Assembly: GCA_964016885.1 (NCBI GenBank)
Contig: OZ024740.1
Location: forward strand, 197,656,001-197,720,000
Direction: 5' to 3'
Origin: Eledone cirrhosa
Lineage: Eukaryota
Length of the DNA: 64,000 nucleotides
Part shown: positions 41,501 to 56,118 of the stretch, piece after piece
How positions within the stretch are numbered: the first letter of the stretch is position 1
Layout: the number at the start of each line of letters is the position of its first letter
Made by a program: the position numbers and the translations under genes
Notes under the pieces: model-generated
What the model was told of the DNA's origin: nothing
What the model saw: only the letters and a program-made list of their open reading frames with translations
The model's database searches: none

Positions 41501-41842
41501 GAGAAAGAGAGTGAGATGCATTTACATACGGACATTTACATTAACAGTTTGATATAACTCCGTACTACCAACTACCAACGCTTTCAACACGTGATTATGT
41601 CTAAACCGTCAGGTACATTTGAGAAATGCACCTGATGGTAGAGGGGAATTAAGTCTAACTATTAATATATAACTGCCTTCCACATTGTGTTGATTGATAC
41701 TTTCCTACTTTCTTTTCTTTCGTTTGTACCTACAACCGTATGTATATATACACACACACACACACATTCATCCCCCACTTTATATATATGAGTATATATA
41801 TGAGTATATATATGAGTATATATATATATATATATACATACA

Positions 41843-42206
41843 TGGTGGCTGCCAACTCGTTTTCGAGTACGGCCACTACTTTATATCCATGTAGGAGAAC
41901 CCCTACCGATGCGCTGAACAAGTGTGACTTTTTAGTCCAGCCAGCGACTTGAAAACTCTGGTACAAACTTGTGACAATTATTGACACATAGTGCTGGGCC
42001 CATGGTACCATGTGACGACAAGTGCAGAGAGATCTCCAGATATAAAGCAATGCCTGTGCCGTGAAGCTTTTATAGTGAGCAAAGGCACTGCACACAGCCA
42101 GTCCCACTCTCTTAACGAAGATGATATTTACCAAAAAGAAGAACAAGTCAACATCATTGGATATTATTACGGTTGCAGAATTCTAGGAGAAGGAAAACTC
42201 TGATAT
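41843..42206 (-). mobile_element. dispersed copy of the RTE-derived non-autonomous element, with short 5' inversion
   Basis: 41843-42177 is the reverse complement of the 3' part of the 56119-56724 unit; 42175-42206 (GCAGAATTCTAGGAGAAGGAAAACTCTGATA) is in the opposite orientation; (CATA)n on both sides. Confidence 0.85.
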
Positions 42207-42213
42207 ACATACA

Positions 42214-42249
<36 letters not shown>

Positions 42250-42333
42250 TAAATGTTTAACCCCGACGGCCGAGCTCAAGCCGTTTCGACGGCTATTTCT
42301 GGACTCATCTGGTTCCTTACCACACCTCCTTCG

Positions 42334-42373
<40 letters not shown>

Positions 42374-42503
42374 TGTATATATATATATATCTTTATTTTA
42401 TATAGAAGTCATTTCTATATAAAATAAAGATGCCTATACCCTACCAGCGTATTGGGTACATTTTAACTGTGACACCTCTCAATACCCATGGGAAATCCAC
42501 ACA

Positions 42504-42585
<82 letters not shown>

Positions 42586-42617
42586 AGAAAAACCACAGAC
42601 CCTCGATCACAACTCTA

Positions 42618-42653
42618 CTTTTGAAAAGCAGAAGAACTGCGAAACAGGTAAAG
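42618..42653 (+). ncRNA. minimal hammerhead, U3-A8 variant (family C)
   Basis: CTT TTGAAAA GCAG AAGAA CTGC GAAAC AG GTA AAG, then AATAAA. Confidence 0.6.
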
Positions 42654-43000
42654 GAACCAAATAAATATATATTTATATATATATTTTTTTTAAAATAAAG
42701 ACAGGAATGCGGCATTCCTGTCTTAATGACATCACAACTTTCTCCGCTTGGCCTGTTCCCCCCCTTTTGGAACTTTTCCCCGTTGATGGGCGTGAGCCCG
42801 AAATATTGGGATTAAATCTCCACTACGGTAACCATTCTACCTTTGTTTTGTTTTCATCTTTGTCTCTCTCAATTTTCACTTTCACCTGTTTCTCCTATCT
42901 ATCATTCACTTCCTACCTCGAGATTTCCCTCTGCATTGTTGTGGCTTTCTTAACTACGTATTTTACACATTTCACAATGCTTCAAGCAAACTTTAACACC

Positions 43001-43103
<103 letters not shown>

Positions 43104-43242
43104 CGAAGGAAATGTGGTAAGGAACCAGGTGGACCATAACGCACCAAAGTACTCAATACTTAGGGTAGTAGAGTGGGTAATAGGAACGAGTAGGACCCCG
43201 ACGGCTGAGCTCAAGCCGTTTCGACGGCTAATTCTGGACTCA

Positions 43243-43288
<46 letters not shown>

Positions 43289-43345
43289 TAGACACTACCT
43301 TGCTCACAAGTGTCTTTTTTAAGCTTCATATCATGTTTCCCTATT

Positions 43346-43408
43346 TTATCTGATGAGAACGCAAATATCGTCCCTGGATGATATTTGTTTTTGAAATGCG
43401 CATAATAA
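43346..43408 (+). ncRNA. type I hammerhead ribozyme (family E)
   Basis: TTAT CTGATGA GAACGCAAATATCGTC CCTG GATGATATTTGTTTTT GAAA TGCGC ATA ATAA; palindromic ATGCGCAT; paralog at 62763-62825. Confidence 0.72.
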
Positions 43409-43952
43409 AATACATGGAACTTTTCTAACCATCTTTTAATTTCTTCTTATGTATATATATATATATATTTGTGTGTGTCTGTAGTGTGTGCGTCTCGTGT
43501 GTGATATGGTGTATGTGTATGTGATTTGTGGTGTGTTTGTGTGTGCGTGTCCGTGTACGTAAACATTTGAAGAAGCGCTCGACCGTGTCAAGATACAATC
43601 TTCAAAGAGGAGTATTATATCGCTGCCCCCGATAATTTGTAATACATACCACGCACAGAAGAACACAATCAACCATTCATTACACACAAACACATACATA
43701 GTATATATGTATATATATATACATATATATGTGGATACATACATATATACATACATATATACATACATATATCCATACGTACATATATACATACGTACAT
43801 ATATACATACATACATATATACATACATACATACATACATATATACATACATATATACATACATATATACATACATATATATATATATACATACATATAT
43901 ATACATAAAGAAGAACACAATCAACCATTCATTACATACAAACACATTTATA

Positions 43953-43986
<34 letters not shown>

Positions 43987-44814
43987 GTACATAAATACAT
44001 GCATGCATCCATATATACATATGTGCACACATACATATATGTATACGTACATACATATAATCATACATACATACAAACACATATATATACACGTATATAT
44101 ATAAATTATGGATAATCTAATATTGACGTTATCGCTCCTTTATAAATTGTTTGGTAAATAATATATTTCCAAACATTTGTTTTAGTTTTCTTTTTCTAGT
44201 TTACATTCGGAATCATGCGATCTCAGCTTTACAGCTATTTTACGGCCATTTCGTTACTGTCCGTTATTTTAGGTAATAAACGCAGGTGTATATACGTGAT
44301 ATCATACTGCCTTTGATGTTGTTACCTGAATAGGTAACAGTTGTTTCATCTGTGTAATTATAAAACAGAATGATCTCTAGCCTCTGGATAAGACAACGAA
44401 AATATTTGGCGTAGTCGCCGCGGTGGTGGTGGTGATGGTGTTGGTGGTGGTTTGCTTATTTAATCAATCTTATCATATGTGTGAAGGCACGGATTTTGTT
44501 TTTATATTCACCGCAGCTTGAGTTCAAATCACGCATAAACAGAGATAAACTTTGCTTTTCTTCCTTTCAAAGTCGATAAAGTACCAGTCCAGTACTTCCA
44601 TTCTTCTATTTTTATCATTTTCCCTTGCTCTCTCTCCGTTTCTGGAAGAAACTATTCATGCATGTAGTGGGGGTGGGCTTTACCAGGTTTAATGAGTCTA
44701 ACATTCGTCGTGTCATGACAACGCCCATACGAATCCACCAGGAGTTAAGAGCCAAATGTGACCAGGTGGCATGTGTTTTTGAGCAAAACATCTCCCTTTA
44801 CGTTGCTTTAGTTA

Positions 44815-45150
44815 ACTCAGTTAAGGCGCGTGGCTTTGTGGTTAGGGTATTCGGTTCACAATCGTAAGGTCATGAGTACGATTTCCGGCGACGCGTTATG
44901 TCCTTGAGCAAGACACTTTATTTAACGTTGCTTCAGTCCACTCAGCTGGCAAAAATGAATTGTACCTGTAATTCGCAGAGCCAGACTTGTCACATTCTGT
45001 GTCACGCTGAATCTCCCTGAGAACTACGTTAAGGCTATGCGTGTTTTGGAATGATCAGCCACTTACACGTTAATTTCACGATCAGGCTCTTCCGTTGATT
45101 GGATCAACTGGAACACTCGTCGTCGTAACTGACGGAGTGCCTCCAGTTAA
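44815..45150 (+). mobile_element. near full-length tRNA-derived SINE
   Basis: GGCGCGTGGCTTTGTGGTTAGG A box, degenerate B box, TGTCCTTGAGCAAGACACTT core; body shared with copies near 2505, 27000, 27480, 35700 and 60720. Confidence 0.75.
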
Positions 45151-45367
45151 CTGAATTGAGTACCAGAAGCAGCAGCTGACAGTTAACTTTCCTATAATAT
45201 GACAACATGCAGTATTCATGTAATCTCAGTCAGTTAACACTAATGAAACCACGATATGATCGGGGCTTTCATCTTCACTCATTTTTTATAAACACTTGGG
45301 TACTTTTGTTTATCTGATCAATCCCCAGAGATATGAAAATAGGGACTGGCCTCGATAGAACACTGTG

Positions 45368-45423
<56 letters not shown>

Positions 45424-45426
<3 letters not shown>

Positions 45427-45866
45427 AGGGGGTGTAACTTGGAGTTACTGCAAGTTCACCCGGGAGAGCTCTCGATGTTTAGGTTCACTTCTGTGATGAG
45501 GTGTAGAGCTATACAGAGTGTAATATATTGAAAGGATAACAAGGACGATTGATTACTCCTTCATTACATTTATTGGTAGGTGACGCGCGTTTCGCCACTG
45601 ATCAGCTCAAGGTTCGATCTGTATCGATCCTACCCGACTCAATAATCGGCGGCTTGACGGACCTTTTAAAATGCTATGAGAAAATGAAATACATGCTATC
45701 TGGTAAAGCCAGAATTTCAAGAGTTTGACAAAATGAGTTGTTTTGATTGGTGGGAAGAATCAAAGGGGTGTACTGGCCTGTAGTGTGTGTGGGGGTGGAT
45801 GTGATGATGTGATGTTGGTGACGGTCGCTGGCTGTGATGGGCTGTGGTGTGGTGGTGGCGGGATGG
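45424..45866 (-). mobile_element. inverted pLTR/3' end of the Naiad-type PLE
   Basis: The reverse complement of 45760-45866 is C/A-rich like the element's 3' region (48500-49080); a hammerhead-like scaffold plus AATAAA lies on the minus strand; abuts (TA)n. Confidence 0.6.
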
Positions 45867-48300
45867 ACTTATTACTAAAGCAGACAAATAATTTCATCAG
45901 GAGGATCCGTTGGAGGGCCTACCACCACTACAACAACAGGAGGGCCCCCGGATCAAATGACAATTCCACCAACCACATAAAAAGACCTTTTAAATCAAAG
46001 AAAAACCCACCGTACAACCCACTCCTAGAGGAGTTTGAGGGCAGGATCATTACCATGGTCCGGACCATTAGATTTAGGAAACCACCGCGAAACCCTGACA
46101 GAAATGCATTCCTGTCTGGGCTCGCCTCTACTGTAAAAAAGATCAGGAATAGCCCTGGCATCATCGTACCAGCCGATAAAACAGGAAACCTATACAATTT
46201 GGAGTACAAAACTTACAACAAATGTATTACAAACGAAATCGCTAAAATATACAAACCATCAACACGAGAAAACTAGCACACATAAACAAACAGGCGAAAA
46301 CAATAACGACCGAACTGAGTATTGACGAGAGGACACCGAGACTATCTATTAAAGACCATAAACCGGACTTCCAGTCAAAACTACCGGTCAGGCTCATAGC
46401 CCCGTCTAAATCGGACCTAGGTACACTTAGCAAATCAATCATTGACCGAATTATACCTGAACTTAGAAATAGAACTAAACTCAGCCTATGGTCTTGTACA
46501 AAGGAGGTAATCGACTGGTTTTGAGCCATTGAAACTAAGTCGAATGTTCGATTAGTCCAATTGGACATTACGAACTACTACGCATCTATATCCCCAATCA
46601 TCCTTAACAAGGCACTGATCTCAGCCATGAACAGATCAAGCCTCATTAGAAAGGAAGTGGACATAATACTAACAGCTAGGAAAACTTTACTAAAATTCGA
46701 CGGTAGATTGTGGGAACGACAGAATAGACCAGATAGCTTCGACATCACCATGGGATCGACTGACTCCGCACAGGTTATAGTAGGCATATACCTCATAAAT
46801 ATATTAACAGACGAGATCCCCTCCTTGGGCGGTGGCTTATACCGTGACGATGCCCTATTATTGACCCGTGGACTCAATAATAGCCAATTAGATAGACTAC
46901 ACAAAAGACTTAGGTACATCTTTAAGACCCAAGGATTAGCGGTAGAAATTGAACCTAACAGTAGGACAGTAAACGTTTTAGATGTCACCCTAGAATTAGA
47001 CTCAGGCCTCTACCGTCCATTTCAGAAACCTAAGGAAATCTTAAATACGTCAACAGACACTCCAACCACCCTAGGAGCATAATTAACTCAATAGTTAAAA
47101 GCGTCTCCAACAGAGTGTCCACCCTGTCGGCCAATAGAAATATCTTCAACCAGCACGCGGAATACTACAACTCTACACTTGTAAACGCTGGTTCCACTGA
47201 GGAGATTTGCTACATCGACCCAAATAGAACCGTAACGCCGCTAAACATAACCGTACCCTTAGAAACGAACATAGAAGAAATCTCCACACCTACGACAAAT
47301 AATAACCTAAGACCCTCCGTAGCCGGCAGGGCGGCCAGCGTCACACACAACTGCCAAGGAGATAAAGCCATACTCTCCAACCCCAATAAGGACTCCGACT
47401 ATCGCACACCTTCGCGTAGCAATAGAGACAAAGACATAACGCCAATAGATTACTAGGAACCCCTATGACATATACGCATGACCAAAACACACACAAACTA
47501 CCATCCAACCACAAAAACCTCACTAAACACCGCAGAAACCGAAGTAGACCTGTCACATGGTACAACGCCCCGTATTCTATACACGTCGCCACCAATATAC
47601 CGGGAACCTTCTTCAGGGCTCTCGAACAATCTTTTCCACGCACACATAAATACCACAAGCTCTTCAATAGACACACTGTAACATTCTCTTTCTCCACAGC
47701 ACCAAATCTAGGCCACACAATAGCAAACACTAATAGGACAAACATACGAAAACACAAGGTTGCCCCACAACAAACCACCACCACAACCCAGAACGAAATC
47801 ACACACACAACACAACAACCCATACACCAGACCCACACCGCATGACACCAACCGCCAACGTGCCACCACACCGGTTACACCCAACTGCAACTGCAAGAAA
47901 CGGGCCGAATGCCCACTAAACGGGGAGTGCCTCGTTAAAAACATTGTTTACCGGTGTGATGTCACACCCAGCACTAAGGAGTACTCATATATAGGTGCGA
48001 CATCCACTACGTTTAAGGAGCGCTGGTATAGTCACAGAAGCTCCTTTAAACATTGGCTGAAACGATCCCAAACCAGACTGGCCGATTGGATCTGGGACCT
48101 CAAGGACAGGAATATCGAACCCCAGATCTCGTGGTCAGTGAAAAGACGCGTGGCACAACTCCCCAATGACAGAAACCACTGCAGGTTGAGGCGGCGGAAA
48201 TAATTAAATTAAAATCTGCTATAAACTATATGTCGGACATAATTGTCAATTGCAGACACACCAGGCTGAACACTTTTTCTGCACAAACATTCGGGGGAGG
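45867..48300 (+). pseudogene. Naiad-type Penelope-like element RT plus GIY-YIG, decayed
   Basis: FIRRIRWRA, PADKTGNLY, KDHKPDF, RLIAPSKSDLG, DITNYYASI, FDITMGSTDSAQ, GLYRDDAL, WYNAPYS, CNCKKRAECPLNGECL, NIVY..YIGATSTTFKERWYSH, terminal CRH; several frameshifts. Confidence 0.88.
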
Positions 48301-48509
48301 GCCGCACACTAACCATGACCCAGCATAATAATAACCACCTCTGTCCCGTCTCACCATCGTCCATCTCAGCGAATTTATTTTATTGTATTGCATGTAACCA
48401 TTTGAAAGCCCGTATATTGTATATCATGCCACATACATCACCCCCACCAAAAATCACATCGCCATACACCCCTCATCCTTGCAACATTGTGTTCTATCTG
48501 TCCTCTCTG

Positions 48510-49080
48510 TCAGGTTTTACCTTGCAAACCATAGTAACATCTGATCCTGTAAATACAATGTCGATCATATCACACCATCGCCACCACCACCACACCACGC
48601 ATCGTCATATGTCTACCATCCACAACCTCTGTCTACCCTAACCTACAACCCCACGCTAAATTCGACCCTGTAAATGTATTGTCGCACACACCACCACCGC
48701 CTCCACTAGATACATCCACATACTTCAACAATCATTAACATCATTAACATCATCAACACATATCATCCCTCACTCCCAGATCGACTGTGTTATATCCGCC
48801 CCCGCCTGCCTTATCCTGTAACCCACCGTAACTTCTGATCATGTAATCATTTTGTCGAACATATCACCCCAGCACCAGCACCACCACCATGACCACAACA
48901 CACATCGCCATAAACTCCTTCCCCCCCGCGTTCCCTATGTCACCTTTTAACCTGTAACCCAACGTACTATTCGATCCTGTATATTTTTGTCGCTCACAAC
49001 TCCACCACCACCACCACCACAAGACACAACTCCATACTTCATCAACATCGCCAACACATACCTCCTCTCTCGAACCAACG
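48510..49080 (+). repeat. degenerate nested tandem repeats in the Naiad 3' region
   Basis: GATCCTGTA..TTGTCG..CACCACCACC module recurs near 48540, 48660, 48835 and 48970. Confidence 0.6.
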
Positions 49081-50870
49081 CAAGTGTGTGTGTCTGTGTG
49101 TAAGTATTTTTTACATATACGTGCGTATACATATGCGAGCGTGTATGCATATATATATATATGTGTGTGTATATATACATCTATGTATATGTGTGTGTGT
49201 GTGTATGTGTATGTGTGTGTATACGTGTGTGTGTGTGTGTGTATGTGCATGTTTATGTATACGTGTGTGTACGTGTATATGCGCATATCCGTATGTGTGT
49301 ATGTGTGTATGTATGTGTATGTCTATATGTATAACACCATCTCCATTGGCTCTCACCTTCCCTCCATCTTTGTCCTACGACACCCCCACCGATACTCCAC
49401 CACTCTCCCTATATATGTCCACGCGCGCGCATGCACATACATATGTGTATGTATGCGTGTGGATATATATGTGTGTGTGGATATGTGTGTATGTGGGTGT
49501 GTTCGTGTGTATATATATCAGTATATATGCACATGTATACATATGTGTATATATATATACAACGTATTTGTCAGACTAATTAGTGTCTGGGTATGTATCT
49601 CCCCAGGGATTCGACAAGAACAACACATCTAGCACACGACCACAAACGCCAAAAGTGGATAGAAGCACCTCCTGTGGTATTTAACCCAATGGTAGAGTGA
49701 TAGACTACTGTTATGGTCATTTCGTTGGGATGCAGACAATCTAATTTAAACTCTTAACATAACACTTTAGAAATCTTGGTTACAAAACCTGACTTATCAT
49801 CTGTTCTTTGTTAGAAAGTAACAAAGAAACCTAGGCTGCATGTGATATATATAATAACCAAATTTATAATTGATAACTTTTTCAAGAAGCATTGTGTAGA
49901 CGATGTAGTCATGTATACACGAAATATCTAAATATAAATAACATTGGTCACTTTCGAGTCTATTATATCAGGACTTGCCTAGGGCTAAACAACAACAATA
50001 TTTCGGTATTTCTTATAATGGTGGGACACCATATATCTGTATGAAACGAGGGTAACATCCAAAGTATTTACAAGGCATAATTCCGAACTACCAACAAGAG
50101 ACTACAACAAGACTCTGTACTTACAGTCTCTGAGACAGTTCACTTCAGTTCTTATTTATGCACTTTTCGATTATCCATTTTTAGTTACGCGGGGGTATTC
50201 AAGGGGTTTTAGCCCCCAGCAGTATTGCTAAATAAAAAATTAAAATCTGTTCCATGTCCAGGGGTTCATCAATCCAAAACTTATCCGAATTTCGTTGATA
50301 ATAAACTATTGAGAGCAGAAGACTTGCCTTGGAGGGGATGCCAGTGAGTGGCTGGGTTAATCTTTTCTTCAGTTGCTGTTGCTGGGAAGTATTTCTATTT
50401 GACTTGACTGGAGCCACGTTAAATAAAGTGTCTAGCTCAATGACATCACTCACCTGTCGACGCAGGGATCGTAGTCATGACCATACACATGTAGGACCAA
50501 CATCCTATTTACTACACTCCAGGCATTCATGTTGCTAAAAAACCTCAAATTTTGAAGTCTGGTGACAAACATATTTTTGTAAACACAATAAGACATTAAC
50601 GCTTAAGACAATATCCTCAATATTCTTGCCAATATTAAAACGCTAAGAACAAACGGCGCTAATAACTACTTTAAAAGACGATGCAGTGAGTGAATGGCTT
50701 GAAGAATTCGATGTACTGAGAAACGATATTGGGACAAACAAACTATAGAAAGAACTAAATGACTAATAGTGTAATAGTAATATGAAAGAAATGTTTAATA
50801 ATAAAACTTCTAACGAGAGCCGAGTCATCGTGTTATTAAATGAAATGTTGCCTCAGTACGCTCATCCCCC

Positions 50871-50969
<99 letters not shown>

Positions 50970-51516
50970 GCATATGTATATATATATGCATAGTATATAT
51001 AAATATATAATATGCATATATATATATATGCATAGTATATATATATATATCATATATATATATATATATATAAAATATGCATATATATATATATGCATAT
51101 ATATATTATATGCTTATATATATATATATATATATATATGTACATATATATATATATATACATATATATATGTACATATATATGTACATATATATATATA
51201 TACATACATATTTACATACACATACATATACTTTACTTATACACACACATGCATACGCACGCTTACACATGCACACTCACACGCAGATATGTATATATAT
51301 ATATATATATTTAATTGAAATCAGGAGAACTGAACTTGTGTGTTTATGCGTGTGTGTACGTTGAAATAGTAGTGATATAAATATATTAGGAAAATACATA
51401 TTTATATATCGATTTAACCCCCCCCCCCCAAAAAAAAAACAACAAAACAAAAATGAAACAAATTTTTAACAAACGTGACGTCTCTTTAAACATGTTATAT
51501 ATACATATATACATAC

Positions 51517-51613
<97 letters not shown>

Positions 51614-51630
51614 CATAAATATATATATGC

Positions 51631-51681
<51 letters not shown>

Positions 51682-51711
51682 GTATATATACATATATACA
51701 TATATACATAC

Positions 51712-51786
<75 letters not shown>

Positions 51787-51803
51787 CATAAATATATATA
51801 TGC

Positions 51804-51877
<74 letters not shown>

Positions 51878-51886
51878 AATGCATAT

Positions 51887-51932
<46 letters not shown>

Positions 51933-51995
51933 TATATATATATACATATATATATACATATATATATATACATATATATGCATACATATATATAC

Positions 51996-52026
<31 letters not shown>

Positions 52027-52270
52027 AATATATATATACATACATATATATACATATATATACATATATATACATACATATATATATATACACACATACA
52101 TGTGTAAATATATATATATATATATATACATGCATATATACATATATACACATATATACATATATATATATACATATATATACATACATATATACACATA
52201 TATACAAACATATATACATATATACGTACATACATATACATACATACATATACATACATACATACATACA

Positions 52271-52356
<86 letters not shown>

Positions 52357-52757
52357 TTTGTGCGTGTGTGCGTAAAGTTACCGGCCGTCCCAAAATTTCT
52401 TACTCCTGCATTTGCCTATATGAAATTAAATAGCTTTATTTTGTGTCTGAATCTAATAATTTTATATAATGTTAACAGGAATAAAATACTGCTAACGTCA
52501 AAGGTTTCCATTTCAGATCATAATTACTTTTCTTAGAACAAATAAGTAAATAAAGCCGAAGTAAAATCATTAAGAAACATGCAATAAGTATTGAAATGTC
52601 CACAACATTACTTTTTAAATGCTGTAATCAAGCAATCAAGCCTATAGCTATGGACAAACTATGCTAGTTTTGTCAATATTGAGACAATAAAATACTACAT
52701 ATAATATGAATAATAATAGTAATAATAATAATAACAAATATATATATATATGATATA

Positions 52758-52858
52758 TAGGGTGTCCCCCCAAAAATGTGTACACACTTTGATTACCTGT
52801 ACAGGCAATATTTATTAGAATGCTGTTGAAGTGTGTATACATTTTTTGGGACACCCTT
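52758..52858. mobile_element. ~100 bp Tc1/mariner-type MITE in TA
   Basis: AGGGTGTCCCCCAAAAATGTGTACACACTT..AAGTGTGTATACATTTTTTGGGACACCCT, TA-flanked. Confidence 0.8.
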
Positions 52859-53239
52859 TATATATATATATATTTATATATATTTGTATATAGTATGTAT
52901 GCTTGTATATGTATGTATACATGTTTGTATGTATACATGCATGTATGTATGTTTGTATGCATGTTTGCATGTATGTTTGTATGAATGTATGCATGAATGC
53001 ATGTATGTATGTATGCATACTCACACATATATGTATATATGTACAAATATATAAGTAAATAACTGTATAAACATATGTCCAAAGCATATTACCTTTTGGT
53101 ATAATATATTCATATATACGCTTACACATTTACACATACACGCACACACGCATATTTATATATGCATACATATATAAATAAATAAATATATGCAATTATA
53201 TATATATGTACATACATATATACATACATACATATATAT

Positions 53240-53313
<74 letters not shown>

Positions 53314-53328
53314 TATACATATATATAC

Positions 53329-53445
<117 letters not shown>

Positions 53446-53848
53446 TATATATATATACAGAGATATCCACGGTAAGTTGTGGGGTCTAGTCTGCATGAAG
53501 AACATATATATATATATTTATATATATATTTATATATATATTTATATATATATTTATATATGTAGATAAATCTACCAAAATATACGGTAGTGTCCAATCC
53601 ATTATTTCTGAAGACAGCATATATATGTGTAGGTATGTATATTCCCTCTGATAGTTTGTAAAATTTTTACATAGATCTATATGATATACATACCAACACA
53701 CACATATATCCTAGAAACGATCGTAAAATGATGAATTTTTTAATATAAGGAACTGTTTCTTTGTTTTTATTCATTGTTTTTATTAATTTATATATATTTA
53801 TATATATATTTTTATATATATAATAAATGTAATCTGAGTTTTTCGAAT

Positions 53849-54058
53849 ATTAATAATAACATTCGATTCGTTTGCAATTTTGCAAACAAGCCTCAATTTT
53901 ATAGCCATGTCAGTAGAATGAATCCTTCATTCTTGCTCTTGTGTTGGCATGTGAACAGAACTGCACAAGAGCAAGAATGAAGGGTTCATTCTACTGACAT
54001 GGCTATAAAATTGAGGCTTGTTTGCAAAATTGCAAACGAATCGAATGTTATTATTAAT
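53849..54058. repeat. near-perfect ~95 bp-arm palindrome
   Basis: 53849-53944 is the reverse complement of 53963-54058, with a loop of about 18-20 nt. Confidence 0.92.
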
Positions 54059-54099
54059 GTTTCCTTGCGCCAAAAGTAGAAACAATCATTTTTGATGCA

Positions 54100-54232
54100 T
54101 GGAGTTACGGCCCTTTCCAATATGAGTTCAAATCCCGCCGAGGTTAACTTTGCCTTTCATCCTTACGGGGTCGATTAAATAAAGTACCAGTAATGCACTG
54201 GATAATTGCTGGCCTTGTGCCTAATGTAGAAA
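54100..54232 (+). mobile_element. Nin-like SINE 3' part
   Basis: GAGTTCAAATCCCGCCGAGGTTAACTTTGCCTTTCATCCTTACGGGGTCGAT..AAAGTACCAG..GGCCTTGTGCCTAATGTAGAAA. Confidence 0.75.
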
Positions 54233-54313
54233 TAATTATTAATATTCGAATAACTCAGATTACATTTATTGTATTCAGCCATGTTGAGCGAAACAATTTC
54301 TTTTTTATAGGTG

Positions 54314-54493
<180 letters not shown>

Positions 54494-55423
54494 ATCTGTA
54501 CGTGTGTGTTTGTGTGCCTGCATTTGTATATATAATCTACATACATTTGTGGATGAATGGAGAAAAAGCTATTAGACACATTTTAAAAGAGAGACTGAGA
54601 TAGATAGAGTCGATGAGAGAAAGAGGGACACAGATGTGTTTTACACGTATACAAATTAAATGATAATAAAGAAATCGATAAACGCACATATAGACACGTA
54701 CATACACTCACATGTATGCACATACAAACATACACACATTCACATAAGCATACACACACATAGACAAAAATACACAGACACATACAAACACCATGTATAT
54801 TAATTTATTTGTTCATCTAGAAGACGTATTTTTTTTATTCGCCAATGCAAATTTTGCTCAGCTCAATATGCAGTAGTTGATTACCAAAATATAATGGTGA
54901 ATTCTAATAAAGGAACTGAATAATCGCTCTTTGGAAATGGTTACTTCAATTAAATCGAGCCTAGCGATTGCTCGGTAAATATGTTAACAGCGGGATTTGA
55001 ACCCAGATAGTAAAGCATTCATGCTTCGGTGGCTTTATAATTATAACTATTTTGTTATATATCTCGTCCCATGGACTGAGTGCTCTACCACTACGGATAT
55101 TACATTCCAGTGATCTACCACTGTATATATATATATATTTTAAAAAAAACGCGATAATATTTCTATATGCTGAACTTCATACATTTTTGTCGAGTTTTTC
55201 GGAATGTTTTTGACTGCAGTTTGTAGTAAACAGACATTCGTCTCATTCTGACGTCACCAGCCATGTTTCTCCATGTGTGCTTATTTTCATAATTCCGCAC
55301 GAGGTGAACTAGCATGGTGAACAAACCTGTTCTACATCATCCACTCTCATCCCAGGAACAGTTTTTGATAGCGCTAGTTTGTGATTTAAATTCAGGAATT
55401 TTATATTCTTTGAATGAAAAGAA

Positions 55424-55505
55424 CCTTCTGACGAGAATCTTTCTTTGCAACGAAGGCCGTATGGTCTCCGTTTTATTTTTGGGATTCGAAACCGATCGGT
55501 AAAGG
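55424..55505 (+). ncRNA. type I hammerhead ribozyme (family A)
   Basis: CCTT CTGACGA GAATCTT..GGGATTC GAA ACCGATCGGT A AAGG: stem I CCTT/AAGG, stem II GAATCTT/GGGATTC, palindromic stem III, GUA cleavage triplet. Confidence 0.85.
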
Positions 55506-55574
55506 TAACTATAGTATGTAAAGTCAATTTTTTAAAAATTTATTTTGAAACTTTTTCATTATTTACTAAACCTT

Positions 55575-55642
<68 letters not shown>

Positions 55643-55865
55643 TACATGCACATGCATATATATATATAGTATACATGCACATGCATATATATATATATAT
55701 ATAGTATACATGCACGTGCATTATATATATATATATAATGCATGTGCATGTATACTATATATCTTATATATATTTATATATACACGCACATGCTTATGCA
55801 TATATATCATATATATATTCATACTCATACATATACGTTACGATCTGTCTGTCTCTCTGTCTCTA

Positions 55866-55977
<112 letters not shown>

Positions 55978-56047
55978 ACAGGTCATTGACGTAATCGATG
56001 ATTTAAAAAAACATGAATAAGACCATCGAATAAGTGGGCGAAGAAGA

Positions 56048-56083
<36 letters not shown>

Positions 56084-56118
56084 TGTATGTATGTATGTAT
56101 GTATGTATGTATGTATGT

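Noticed and set aside
44815-44895. tRNA gene
   Set aside because: No complete cloverleaf; continues into a repeated SINE body.
46515-46530. In-frame TGA in Naiad RT as selenocysteine
   Set aside because: Some Naiads are selenoproteins, but this TGA (IDWF*AI) is not at a Cys position, the Zn-finger cysteines use TGY, the ORF has other lesions, and the ATGA hairpin in the pLTR lacks a SECIS GA/GA quartet.
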